The notes under the pieces: model-generated | Databases searched by the model: none | Told to the model about the DNA's origin: nothing | Seen by the model: only the letters and a program-made list of their open reading frames with translations | Translations under genes and position numbers: made by a program | NCBI GenBank assembly: GCA_002269645.1 | Contig: NIVC01000473.1 | Coordinates: 27,573-91,572 of the forward strand | Origin: Macrostomum lignano | Taxonomy: Eukaryota | Direction of reading: 5' to 3' | DNA length: 64,000 bases | Shown here: positions 1 through 13,004 of the stretch, in pieces | How the letters are laid out: each line of letters opens with the position of its first letter | Numbering within the stretch: the stretch's first letter is position 1

Positions 1-16
1 TAAAGAAAGCGCTCAC

Positions 17-2081
17 TTGGCCATCGCGTGCTGAACAACAGCCTTCCAATCAACGCCCTCCGGCACAGCTATTGTGGTAACGGTTGGCGCCCGGTCCTGC
101 GGTTTCGACACGAACAGCCGCTGCCCGAGGCGACCTTGGAGTCCGGCGCGTAGCTTGTCAGCGGCGCGCTCGTGTCGCTCCCACGCGGCTGGCAGGCCTT
201 CGACGGCCACTAAGCGTAGCGCTTCGCGGGCGGCGTACACCAGACTGATCGGCGCCGTGTGGTGGTAGCGCCTGGCCGACACGGGCTGGTCAGGCGGCTC
301 GGTGGTGCGGCAGCCCCAGTAGTTTGCCAGCTGGCTCGCGTCCAGGTAGAACGAAGGCGGCGGCACCTTGCGGCTGAGGATCTGCGGTTGAAGCCATTTA
401 AGTTATACGGATGGTTGCTTAACTGATAACAAGTCTCAGAGTCTTAATCACATCGTTGTGTCCCAACGCCTTCCTAATGTCTTAGTGTCCTAATGCTTGA
501 GAGTCCTAATGCCTTTGTGTCCCAGTGCCTGAGTGTCCTAATGTCTGAGTTTCCTAGTCTTAGTGTCCTAATGTCTTTGTGTCCCAATGCCTTACGAGTA
601 GTATCCCAATGCCTGAGTGTCCTAATGTCTGAGTTTCCTAGTCTTAGTGTCCTAATGTCTGAGTTTCCTAGTCTTAGTGTCCTAATGTCTGAGTTTCCTA
701 GTCTTAGTGTCCTAATGTCTGAGTTTCCTAGTCTTAGTGTCCTAATGTCTGTGTGTCCCAATGCCTTAGTATCCCAATGCCTGAGTCCTAATCCTAATGA
801 GTCCTAATGCCTGAGTCCTAATGTCTGAGTTTCCTAGTCTTAGTGTCCTAATGTATTTGTGTCCCAATGCCTGAGTGTCCTAATGTCTTAACTGCCTTTA
901 ATCATGTCTTAGTGTCCCAATGCCATAGCATATCTTAGTGTCTTAGCGCCTTAGGTTGCCATTATCTTAACGTATTAACTTATTAGTGACTTAATGTTCT
1001 AATGTTCTAGTGACTACTTAGTTACTACTTACTGCTTACCGTTAGGGCCAAAAAACCACAAATCGCCTCAAAGTCAATATCGAAAACCCAAATCAAAGTA
1101 ACTTGCACTGTCATTAGTGTCTTATGCTGTTCTGTTTTAGCACTTTACTTTATATTAACGTATGGCTCCGTAATGCTATATTGTGTAAATAGCATAGTGT
1201 GCGAATCGAATAGAGTTTCAATTCCGTCATGTCGTAATGTCCAAATGTATCGATGCTTTAGTGCTCTCTTGTCATATAGTATCAATTTCACAACTATATT
1301 GATTGGGCTAATATCCAATAGTGTCTTATGGCATCATGGCTTAGTTATAGTGTCTACTGAGAATAGTCAATATTCCTGTTGCTTAATGTCTAAGTGTCTG
1401 AATTCCTAACCTTCCTCCTAGCAGCCTCCGAGAAGGAGATTAGCCCCAGGCCGGGCGTGCAGCCCAAGCACTTCTGACTGCCGGTGTACACGCAGTCGAT
1501 CAGCCAATCGTCAGTGAGCAGCGGAGCTCCTCCGGCAGCGGCAACGGAGTCTACAAGCAGCAGGGCGCCATGCTTGCGGCAGACGCCGCCCAGGTGTTCG
1601 AGCGGCTGCAGCGTGCCGGTGCTGCTTTCGCCGTGAACAACGAAGACAACGCTGGGCCTGTGCTGCTGAAGGGCCGACTCCAGCTGCTCGGGGGTGAACA
1701 CGCTGCCAGGAGGCTGCGACAGCAGGACAGGTTTCAGCGACAGGCGGCGGGACAGTTCAGCGAACCTGTCGCCCCAGATGCCGTTGCGACAGACTAAGAC
1801 GGTTTCACCTGGCTCCAGGAGGTTCATGCAGGCCGCCTCCATGGCGCAGTGGCCTGGGTAGAAACCGGGTGTCTGTCTGTCTGTCTGTCTGCCCTGTGTG
1901 TCCGTCTGTCTGTGTGTCTGTCTGTCTGCCCTGTGTGTCCGTCTGTCTGTGTGTCTGTCTGTGTGTCTGTCTGTCTGCCCTGTGTGTCCGTCTGTCTGTC
2001 TGTGTGTCTGTCTGTCTGCCCTGTGTGGCCGTCTGTGCCTGTCTGTTTGTCTGTTTTTGTCTGTCTGTCTGTCTGCCTGTG

Positions 2082-2140
<59 letters not shown>

Positions 2141-2738
2141 GTGTGTGTGTCTGTCTGCCTGCGTGTGTGTGTGTCTGTCTGCCTGTCTGAGTATCTATCC
2201 AGAAAGCAGTCTCACCAGTTCCAGAGATAGCAAAACTCCAATCGTTGTTGGTTTGAAAGAAATATCGAATTCCATCTTTCACGTCGTCCATTATCTGTGG
2301 CGTGGCAGATGCATGGCGGAAATAGCATAATTAACGCTCCTGATATGCTTCTAATAAAAAATACTAAAAAACTCACTGTCCTTGCACCTGCTCAACATCT
2401 CCCTCAGTTCCTGTCTACTTTACTTCCCAGTTCCTGGTCACTCTCTCATTTACATGTAGTTCTTAGTCAGTTTCTCCTTCAGTCTGAAGTCACTCTTCTT
2501 CAGTCCCTACTCACTCTCTCATTTAGTTATCAGTCACTATAAAAAACTGCCTAAAACGCAAAGGTACCTTGGTGAACTCAGGATGCAGATGTCCAAGCAG
2601 CGGTGCGGACAGGGCGGCAGACACTTCCGGGTGTTGATTAGACGGACCGGGACCCGTGAGCAATTTGTTAGGAATGCTCAAAGGGTTGAGCAGGCCTGCT
2701 GCCGCTCGAACCGTAAGATTTGGTAGTCGACAAGTCAT
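17..2738 (-). CDS. AGXT: Alanine-glyoxylate / serine-pyruvate aminotransferase (PLP, class V); 3' end beyond window edge
   Basis: Exons 2738-2568, 2294-2216, 1853-1411, 381-17, all GT-AG with matching phases (0,1,0, then a phase-2 donor at 16). Motifs [45 protein letters not shown] and TGSQKCLG (PLP lysine) match AGXT. Confidence 0.95.
470..950. repeat. 30-bp minisatellite (GTCCTAATGTCTGAGTTTCCTAGTCTTAGT) in AGXT intron 3
   Basis: 30-nt periodicity directly visible at 630-750, with degenerate flanking copies. Confidence 0.9.
1868..2190. repeat. (TCTG)n/(TG)n compound microsatellite in AGXT intron 2
   Basis: Directly visible; explains the CLSV/RQTD ORFs. Confidence 0.95.
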
Positions 2739-3139
2739 ACTGATTCAATAGAGCAGCATGCAAGATATATAATAATTACTTATTGTATTTATTGCTTTTT
2801 TAGCCCGATTTGTTTATATATAGACAATTAAATAAACAACAAGGGATACACAAATTAGATCTTCCTAACGCTATCTGAGTCATAGTAGCTTGTATTCGTA
2901 TATCACACTCATTGTTATCACCGTCATTGTTATAATGCATATGCATAACAGTGGATAGTAAATCTTAGGCAGTACTACGTTTGCTAACCCAAATGGGATC
3001 ATTAGGGATATTTTGTGAGCCACAAACTCCAATGTAACCCTGAGACTTATGGGGACAAAACATACAGAATTTTTTAGAGAAGACGAGACTAACTAAATTT
3101 ATGAAGTGTTATGAAAGCGTAGCATCAAAACGTAGCATG

Positions 3140-3820
3140 AGCTGGGCAGAATGAGAAACAGAGTAAATTGGGCAGAGGGGGTGGAGCGCGCGACTGAGGA
3201 GAGGCCAGATCTAAGAACCAATCAGAAGGCAGTGAGGGAGAGAGATAAGAATAACCAGACTGAACTGGACAGAGAGAGAGAGAAAACAGAGTAAAAAGTG
3301 CCGAGGGAGGCTAGCGCGCGACTGGGGGAATGAGGCAAGATTGAAGAGCCAATCAGAAGGCAGTGAGGGAGAGATAAGAATAACCAGACTGAACTGGACA
3401 GAGAGAGAGAGAGAAAACAGAGTAAAGTGTGCCGAGGGAGGCTAGCGCGCGACTGGGGGAATGAGGCAAGATTGAAGAGCCAATCAGAAGGCAGTGAGGG
3501 AGAGATAAGAATAACCAGACTGAACTGGACAGAGAGAGAGAGAGAAAACAGAGTAAAGTGTGCCGAGGGAGGCTAGCGCGCGACTGGGGGAATGAGGCAA
3601 GATTGAAGAGCCAATCAGAAGGCAGTGAGGGAGAGATAAGAATAACCAGACTGAACTGGACAGAGAGAGAGAAAACAGAGTAAACAGAGCCAAGGGGGTG
3701 GAGCGCGCGACCGAGGGAATGAGGCGATTGAAGAGCCAATCAGAAGGCAGTGAGGGAGAGAGATAAAAAGACCGAACTGTACAGAGGGGGAGAAAATAGA
3801 GTAAACAGAGACGAGGGCAA
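3140..3820. repeat. ~131-bp tandem repeat, ~5 copies, each with a CCAAT box
   Basis: CCAATCAGAAGGCAGTGAGGGAGAG starts at 3218, 3349, 3480, 3611 and 3736. Confidence 0.9.
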
Positions 3821-4816
3821 ATGAACTATGACTAACATAGTTCGAGAAACTCGACCTAGCTCGTATTAAAGCTACGAGAAAAATTGAAAAAAAGAACTGC
3901 AAAATTTTCCTGACTTTGAAACTGAAGTAAATTCAAGGCATTTATTGTAATTAACAGCGATTAATTCATTTTAATATGACAAAATATACTTATAGCTTGA
4001 GTTAAGTGTTGATAAAGAAAATAATTAATAATTACAACTACTTTACTACAAGTAGTATAGTTTTAATTTGAAAAGGTACAAAAAATGTGCATTTGAAAAC
4101 ATGACTCGGGAGCTGGATAACGAATGGTTAATTAACTTTATAAACGCGAGATAAAATGCAATATGTATTAGAAATAAAAATAATACCATTCATTACTATT
4201 GGTTGCTCCAATGACATAAGAAATGGTTAAGTTTACAGTGTTTTAGGTGTATGAATTTTAGGTGTATTCGGTTAGATTCTTATAAAAAGCTTCAATAAGA
4301 CCACAGATACTAAAAAATCTAGATGGGCCACTCAACACATTTGCGTGTAAGCTACTGTCAGTTCAGTAGTAAATTAAACAAAAACATTTTAATGTAATTT
4401 TAAAGCCAAAGCTTATTTATTGGCTTCTCACCTCCAGCCTAAACCGCCTTTCCTCACTCCCCCCGCCCCGCCCCAATTTTTATTGCCTTTCTCGGAATTC
4501 CAGCGTAAAGCTACCATGTACATTTCAGTGGACTGGCTAATGTACATTATTGCTGAACCAATTAGCACTTTGTTTACGCCTGCTAGCTTGGGGTTTCTTA
4601 ACTTATCAAAGTCATTTTAGCTGTCTTATTTATAAAATAGCTTATGTATTCTTTTTTGCTACTGAACTGAAAGTAGAAAGCTATTTTTCTAAGTATATAT
4701 GCCTGTGTGGCTCATCTAGTTATTTTAGAATCTGTGAATAAGACTATTGGGGGTTTAAGAAATATGCTGAAGTTAGAAGTACAATATTGAAATATGTCAC
4801 AGTTCTTGAGAAATAG

Positions 4817-7800
4817 TTAGCCTGGCACACTCACCCTATAGTCCAGTCGAACTTTCATATGCCGCCTGACAATATCGGCGTACAGAGACCGACCAACAAG
4901 CCCGTATCCAGTCGCTAACAAGCCTTCAATCAGGTCGTCATAGCAACCAATCTTAGTTGGCACGCTAAGCAGATCTAAGCCGAGCTCCAATCCCATGCCG
5001 GGATCGCCTTCGTCGTTAGCAAATTGAACCAGAGTGACCAGCTCGTCCACTGGTTCCAGCAGAGTCAGGCGAGTCTGCTTATCATACTCCGAGTCGCATT
5101 TCGCGGCTATTTGAGTGAGCAGTTTACGCAAGCTGGCATCAGTCTCGGGCAGTTCTCTGTAGCCTACACCGTCGCTAGATAAGCGAACGCACAGGCCAAG
5201 TCCGTTCAAAGTGGGAGCTACAACAGTGTATGACCCGCTGGTCTTCTTGGCTCGAGAACGGCACTTGACAACCTTTGACATTTCGGCGGCCGACGGTACG
5301 GGCTGATGACAGAATTTGGCCAGCTTACTGATCAGCTGGTTCTGCTGTTGGATTGCTTGAGCACTGAGGGACTTCTTGCAGCGGCGTTGGGCGTGGAGAC
5401 TGAAAGAGTTTTGATGAGGCGAGGATCAACTCCAAGGCATAGGGTGCACATGCCTGACGATTAGAATGTACACCCTGAGTGTGTGCGTGTATGAGTGCGT
5501 GCCAGTATTGGCATTCCTCATCCCTGACTGTAGGGAATCCCCATCCCTGATTGTAGGGAATCATTGTTCCTGATTGTAGGGAATCCCCATCCCTGATTGT
5601 AGGGAATCCCCATCCCTGATTGTAGGGAATCCCCATCCCTGATTGTAGGGAATCCCCATCCCTGATTGTAGGGAATCATTGTTCCTGATTGTAGGGAATC
5701 CCCATCCCTGATTGTAGGGAATCCCCATCCCTGATTGTAGGGAATCCCCATCCCTGATTGTAGGGAATCCCCATCCCTGATTGTAGGGAATCATTGTTCC
5801 TGATTGTAGGGAATCCCCATCCCTGATTGTAGGGAATCCCTATCCCTGATTGTAGGGAAACATTGTTCCTGATTGTAGGGAATCCCCATCCCTGATTGTA
5901 GGGAATCCCCATCCCTGATTGTAGGGAATCCCAATCCCTGATTGTAGGGAATCCCAATCCCTGATTGTAGGGAATCATTGTCCCTGATTGTAGGGAATCC
6001 CCATCCCTGATTGTAGGGAATCATTGTTCCTGATTGTAGGGAATCCCCATCCCTGATTGTAGGGAATCCCAATCCCTGATTGTAGGGAATCCCAATCCCT
6101 GATTGTAGGGAATCATTGTCCCTGATTGTAGGGAATCCCCATCCCTGATTGTAGGGAATCATTGTCCCTGATTGTAGGGAATCCCCATCCCTGATTGTGG
6201 GGAATCCTCATACCTGATTGTAGGGAATCATTGTTCCTGATTGTAGGGAATCCCCATCCCTGATTGTAGAGAATCCTTGTTCCTGACTGTAGGGAATCCC
6301 CATCCCTGATTGTGGGGAATCCCCATCCCTGATTGTAGGGAATCCCAATCCCTGATTGTAGGGAATCCCAATCCCTGATTGTAGGGAATCATTGTCCCTG
6401 ATTGTAGGGAATCCCCATCCCTGATTGTAGGGAATCATTGTCCCTGATTGTAGGGAATCCCCATCCCTGATTGTGGGGAATCCTCATACCTGATTGTAGG
6501 GAATCATTGTTCCTGATTGTAGGGAATCCCCATCCCTGATTGTAGAGAATCCTTGTTCCTGACTGTAGGGAATCCCCATCCCTGATTGTGGGGAATCCCC
6601 ATCCCTGATTGTAGGGAATCCCCATCCCTGATTGTGGGGAATCCCCATCCCTAATTGTAGGGAATCTCCATCCCTGATTGTAGGGAATCCCCATCCCTGA
6701 TTGTAGGGAATCCCCGTCCCCGAATATAAATCGCCACAAAGAAATCACTCACGCCAGACAGTACAAAATAGACTCGCCCATCAAGTCAAAGTGGCCATCA
6801 ACTCTAGCACTATTTGAGGCCAAACAAGCCGGCTCCAATTCTGGCGAATCCCTCACGTAGCCGATGTGATACTCTTTCTGATCTCCTTCATTGGCGTCGT
6901 CAATAGCAACGAATAGAGTGAGAAACTCAGGTGGATCATGAGCATAGCGACAGTGAGTTAGCCAATCGTATTCCAGCACAGTTGGTTTATCATTGCTGCT
7001 GCTAGCGGCTCCGTAGCAGAGAAGAAAGTCGAACGGGCCGCACGGTTCAATGCCCAGAGGACGAAGAGTGGACTTGAACCGGTCGGCTGCGTTTTTGCGG
7101 GCACCTGTGCTGCAGACATGTGCAGTGCGATTTTATATCAATATTTATGAACTGTTATGCGACTCTGTGTACTTTATGTGACTGAGGTTGATCTAGAGTG
7201 AAAGATATTGATCTAGAGTGACTGAGATTGATCTAGAGTGACTAAGATTGATCTAGAGTAACTGAGATTGATCTAGAGTAACTGAGATTGATCTAGAGTA
7301 ACTGAGATTGATCTAGAGTGACTGAGATTGATCTAGAGTAACCGAGATTGATCTAGAGTAACTGAGATTGATCTAGAGTAACTGAGATTGATCTAGAGTG
7401 ACCGAGATTGATCTAGAGTAACTGAGATTGATCTAGAGTAACTGAGATTGATCTAGAGTGACCGAGATTGATCTAGAGTAACTGAGATTGATCTAGAGTA
7501 ACTGAGATTGATCTAGAGTAACTGAGATTGATCTAGAGTAGCTGAGATTGATCTAGAGTAACTGAGATTGATCTAAAGTAACTGAGATTGATCTAGAGTA
7601 ACTGAGATTGATCTAGAGTAACTGAGATTGATCTAGAGTAACTGAGATTGATCTAGAGTGACTGAGATTGATCTAGAGTAACTGAGATTGATCTAGAGTG
7701 ACCGAGATGAATCTAGAGAGACTAAGATTGATCTAGAGTGACCGAGATTGATCTAGAGTAACTGAGATTGATCTAGAGTAACTGGGATTGATCTAGAGTG

Positions 7801-8554
7801 ACTGAGATTGATCTAGAGTAACTGAAATTGATCTAGAGTGACCGAGATGAATCTAGAGTGACTAAGATTGATCTAGAGTGACCGAGATTGATCTAGAGTG
7901 ACTAAGATTGATCTAGAGTAACTGAGATTGATCTAGAGTGACTGAGATTGATCTAGAGTAACTGAGATTGATCTAGAGTGAATGAGATTGATATAGTGAG
8001 AGCTTGATATAGACTGACTGAGATAGATATAGGGTGACTGAGATGGATCTAGGGTGACTAAATGGTGACTGGATGATTCAGAGGTGACTAAGCTTGATCT
8101 AGAGTGACTAGATGGCTCAGGAAAGTAACTGAGTTCAATCTATAGTGACTGAGGTGACTAAGGAAGAGCTGACCTGAATCATGAGTGACTAACAATCGTG
8201 AAGTTAATAAGCGTTAATGTTTCAAAACCAGTCGGCCAGCCCTCACCCTCCATTAAGCTTATTGGCAGAGCAATCAACATTAATATCGCATTCAGCCAGG
8301 CAGAACTCGAACAGTTTGAGCAGCTCCTGCGGGAAACGGACTCCACCGTATGCGGCCTCAAGTGCTACAACAGCGGCAGAATCAATTGTTGGCAAATTGG
8401 TCACAGCTATTGGCAGTGGAAACGGCAGAGTACGTGCCCTAATCCTACCACTAGCCCCATCCACATCTCGAGCTGCTCGTTTCGTCGAACCATTCTGAGC
8501 TTCCACCAAAGAAGCGTCACCGGCAGTTGAAGGTCTTTTTCGACCGCGCGGCAT
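4817..8554 (-). CDS. HPF1: Histone PARylation factor 1 (~415 aa)
   Basis: Exons 8554-8247, 7109-6753, 5399-4817 (phases 2,2; 1248 nt). Motifs GPFDFL, HCRYAHDPPEFLT, HIGYVRDSP, VGYRELPETD and VQFANDEGDPGMGLELGLDL; the last keeps the Asp-Glu pair equivalent to human D283/E284. Confidence 0.92.
5510..6720. repeat. 22-23-bp minisatellite (GAATCCCCATCCCTGATTGTAGG) in HPF1 intron 2
   Basis: About 50 visible units; source of the MGIPYNQG ORFs. Confidence 0.95.
7190..8160. repeat. 20-bp minisatellite (ACTGAGATTGATCTAGAGTA) in HPF1 intron 1
   Basis: Exact 20-nt period over 7230-7980, decaying to ~8160. Confidence 0.95.
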
Positions 8555-8734
8555 TTTTTACTTTATAAACAAAAAAATTATAACAGAAAAGTATGGCAGT
8601 TATAAATCGTTTGAGTAATGAAGCTTTGGTGTTGTTTTTAAATTACCTAACCACAATAGCCTAGAGTATCCCACAGCTTTTGCGGATGCCACGGCCAATT
8701 CCTCAGGCAAGCTAATCGGATGTTACACCCTCCC

Positions 8735-9700
8735 TGAGGTCACTCAGGGGCACCACAACCCTTCCTAAGGTCACTTTCAGGGGCGCCACAACCCTCACTC
8801 AGGACACTTTCAGGGGCGTCAAAACCCTTCCTCAGGTCACTTTCAGGTGCCACAACCCTTCCTAAGGTCACTTTCAGGGGCGCCACAACCCTCACTCAGG
8901 ACACTTTCAGGGGCGTCAAAACCCTTCCTCAGGTCACTTTCAGGTGCCACAACCCTTCCTGAGGTCACTTTCAGGTGCCACAACCCTTCCTGTGGTCACT
9001 TTCAGGGGCGCCACAACCCTCACTCAGGACACTTTCAGGGGCGTCAAAACCCTTCCTCAGGTCACTTTCAGGTGCCACAACCCTTCCTGTGGTCACTTTC
9101 AGGTGCCACAACCCTTCCTCAAGTCACTTCAAGTGCCACAATCCTTCCTCAGGTCACTTTCAGGTGCCACAACCCTTCTTCAGGTCACCTTTGGGGGCGC
9201 TACAACCCTTCCTGAGGTCACTTTCGGGGGCGCCACAACCCTTACTCAGGTCACTTTCAGGGGCGCCACACCCTTACTCAGGTCACTTTCGGGGGCGCCA
9301 CAACCCTTCCTGAAGTTACTTTCAGGGGCCTTAACCCTTCCTCATGTCACTTTCAGGTGCCACAAACCTTCTTCAGGTCCCCTTTAGGGGCGCCACAACC
9401 CTTCCTGAGGTCACTTTCAGGGGCGCCACAACCCTTCCTCAGGTCACTTTCAGGTGCCACAAACCTTCTTCAGGTCACCTTTAGGGGCGCCACAACCCTT
9501 CCTGAGGTCACTTTCAGGGGCGCCACAACCCTTCCTCAGGTCACTTTCAGGGGCGCCACAACCCTTCCTCAGGTCACTTTCAGGAGCGTCACAACCCTTC
9601 CTCAGGTCACTTTCGGGGGCGCCACAACCCTTCCTCAGGTCATTTTCGGGGGCGCCACAACCCTTCTTAAGGTCACTTTCAGGGGCGCCACAACCCTTAC
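8735..9700. repeat. 32/33-bp minisatellite upstream of the HPF1 start codon
   Basis: Unit TTTCAGGGGCGCCACAACCCTTCCTGAGGTCAC and variants. Confidence 0.92.
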
Positions 9701-10377
9701 TCGCACCACCCTCCCTCAAAGCTCAAAGCTCACAAAGTTCAAAGGTCACTTGGGCAAGTCACCTTCGGCAAAGGTTACTTTTTACTTTAACTTTTGATGT
9801 TTTTTAAATTAAAAAAATACATTGAGTACCTAGTAAAAAGGCCAATTAGCAATAAATCTTTCAAAGTCAATTTGTAATTTTTTATTAGCAGATAATTACA
9901 GATAAGCAATATGAATAATATTTAAATGATCAATAAAAGTACACTGTATTTTATAGAAAAAATAATAATAAGATTTTAAGAGTGCGGCTCGATACGCACA
10001 TAGCAGTCATATATAAAAAGCGACAGAAATTACACTAAAATATTGAGCTTTTTTGTACACAAAAGCTGGCTAAACGACACTGATGATATATTTGATATCG
10101 TGACAAGAAGTTTATTTCACACGAGAAAAACCTGCAAGAGATTAAGCCGTACAGGTAAGAGAAAGAGACTGCCTGGAAGGTGGGGTAGGTTAGCTGTCCG
10201 CATAGTATGTGCGGAACACAAAATTTGTGATGTAAGTTAACAAATAGGGCGTGGTACACGATTTCTCAAAAAGGTTGATATACAAATTAATTTAAATATT
10301 ATTTACAAACAACGGGTGAACTACAGTTAAGAAGTATTTCTAGTCACAAATATTTGCAAAGGTAGTAGATGTAGACA

Positions 10378-12595
10378 TTGGCTAGAGTAGCAATCCGTTC
10401 TTTTACATTCATCCATGATGTTGGCTAGATTAGCAATCCATTCTATTCCTTCATCAATGATGTTGGCTAGATTAGCAATCCATTCTATTACTTCATCAAT
10501 GATGTTGGCTAGATTATCAATCCATTCTTTTACATTCATCCATGATGTTGGCTAGATTAGCAATCCATTCTATTACTTCATCTATGATGCTGGCTAGATT
10601 AGCAATCCATTCTATTCCTTCATCAATGATGCTGGCTAGATTAGCAATCCATTCTATTCCTTCATCTATGATGCTGGCTAGATTAGCAATCCATTCTATT
10701 CCTTCATTAATGATGCTGGCTAGATTATCAATCCATTCTATTCCTTCATCAATGATGTTGGCTAGATTAGCAATCCATTCTATTCCTTCATCCATGATGT
10801 TGGCTAGATTAGCAATCCATTCTTTTACATTCATCGATGATGCTGGCTAGATTAGCAATCCATTCTATTCCTTCATCCATTGTGTTGGCTAGATTAGCAA
10901 TCCATTCTATTCCTTCATCCATTGCGTTGGCTAGATTAGCAATCCATTCTATTCCTTCATCAATGATGCTGGCTAGATTAGCAATCCATTCTATTCCTTC
11001 ATCAATGATGTTGGCTAGATTAGCAATCCATTCTATTCCTTCATCAATGATGTTGGCTAGATTAGCAATCCATTCTTTTACATTCATCCATGATGTTGGC
11101 TAGATTAGCAATCCATTCTATTACTTCATCAATGATGTTGGCTAGATTATCAATCCATTCTTTTACATTCATCCATGATGTTGGCTAGATTAGCAATCCA
11201 TTCTATTCCTTCATCTATGATGCTAGCTAGATTAGCAATTCATTCTATTACTTCATCAATGATGTTGGCTAGATTAGCAATCCATTCTTTTACATTCATC
11301 TATGATGTTGGCTAGATTAGCAATCCATTCTATTCCTTCATATATGATGCTAGCTAGATTAGCAATCCATTCTATTCCTTCATCTATGATGCTAGCTAGA
11401 TTAGCAATTCATTCTATTACTTCATCAATGATGTTGGCTAGATTAGCAATCCGTTCTTTTACATTCATCCATGATGTTGGCTAGATTAGCAATCCATTCT
11501 ATTCCTTCATATATGATGCTAGCTAGATTAGCAATTCATTCTATTCCTTCATCTATGATGCTAGCTAGATTAGCAATTCATTCTATTACTTCATCAATGA
11601 TGTTGGCTAGATTAGCAATCCGTTCTTTTACATTCATCCATGATGTTGGCTAGATTAGCAATCCATTCTATTCCTTCATATATGATGCTAGCTAGATTAG
11701 CAATTCATTCTATTACTTCATCAATGATGTTGGCTAGATTAGCAATCCATTCTTTTACATTCATGCATGATGTTGGCTAGATTAGCAATCCATTCTTTTA
11801 CATTCATCCATGATGTTGGCTAGATTAGCAATCCATTCTATTACTTCATCAATGATGTTGGCTAGATTATCAATCCATTCTTTTACATTCATCCATGATG
11901 TTGGCTAGATTAGCAATCCATTCTATTCCTTCATCTATGATGCTAGCTAGATTAGCAATTCATTCTATTACTTCATCAATGATGTTGGCTAGATTAGCAA
12001 TCCATTCTTTTACATTCATCTATGATGTTGGCTAGATTAGCAATCCATTCTATTCCTTCATATATGATGCTAGCTAGATTAGCAATCCATTCTATTCCTT
12101 CATCTATGATGCTAGCTAGATTAGCAATTCATTCTATTACTTCATCAATGATGTTGGCTAGATTAGCAATCCGTTCTTTTACATTCATCCATGATGTTGG
12201 CTAGATTAGCAATCCATTCTATTCCTTCATATATGATGCTAGCTAGATTAGCAATTCATTCTATTCCTTCATCTATGATGCTAGCTAGATTAGCAATTCA
12301 TTCTATTACTTCATCAATGATGTTGGCTAGATTAGCAATCCGTTCTTTTACATTCATCCATGATGTTGGCTAGATTAGCAATCCATTCTATTCCTTCATA
12401 TATGATGCTAGCTAGATTAGCAATTCATTCTATTACTTCATCAATGATGTTGGCTAGATTAGCAATCCATTCTTTTACATTCATGCATGATGCTGGCTAG
12501 ATTAGCAATCCATTCTATTACTTCATCAATGATGCTGGCTAGATTAGCAATCCATTCTATTCCTTCATCAATGATGCTGGCTAGATTAGCTATTA
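10378..12595 (+). repeat. 42/43-bp minisatellite array (GGCTAGATTAGCAATCCATTCTATTCCTTCATCAATGATGTT) downstream of CUL5
   Basis: About 50 units; identical ORFs at 11302/12022 and 11471/12191 show a 720-bp block duplication. Confidence 0.95.
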
Positions 12596-13004
12596 GCAAT
12601 TTTACTTTCCATCAATAATCACGTGCATTTTAGATTATTCTACCTAGACAAAACAGTAAATAGACACTGTTGCAAAGTAACTTACACATTTTGTCAGTGA
12701 TTAGCTGCAACCACAGTATGCCTATGAAGGCCATCAAAAATAGAAAGCAGGTGTCAGTCAGTTAAAAAAAGCATGGTCATTCTGTAAAACAAGGGACACA
12801 AGTTAGAAAGTTGAACTGATTACACTGATTCAGGGCCAACTGGTTTCCACTTTAAAACAATTACGTACTATCATTAGAAAATAGACCGATTTTCATTGAA
12901 AAGTGCATAAATTATATCACTCGAAGCGAAGAAAACGAAAAAAACCTGTTAATTGCAATCGGATTTGTCTATTAAAAAATCTTAACGAAGTGAACGAAAT
13001 TCCG

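Noticed and set aside
5327-5330. Alternative acceptor for HPF1 exon 3 at 5327
   Set aside because: The acceptor at 5400 has a better pyrimidine tract, is in frame, and restores a helix present in HPF1 homologues.
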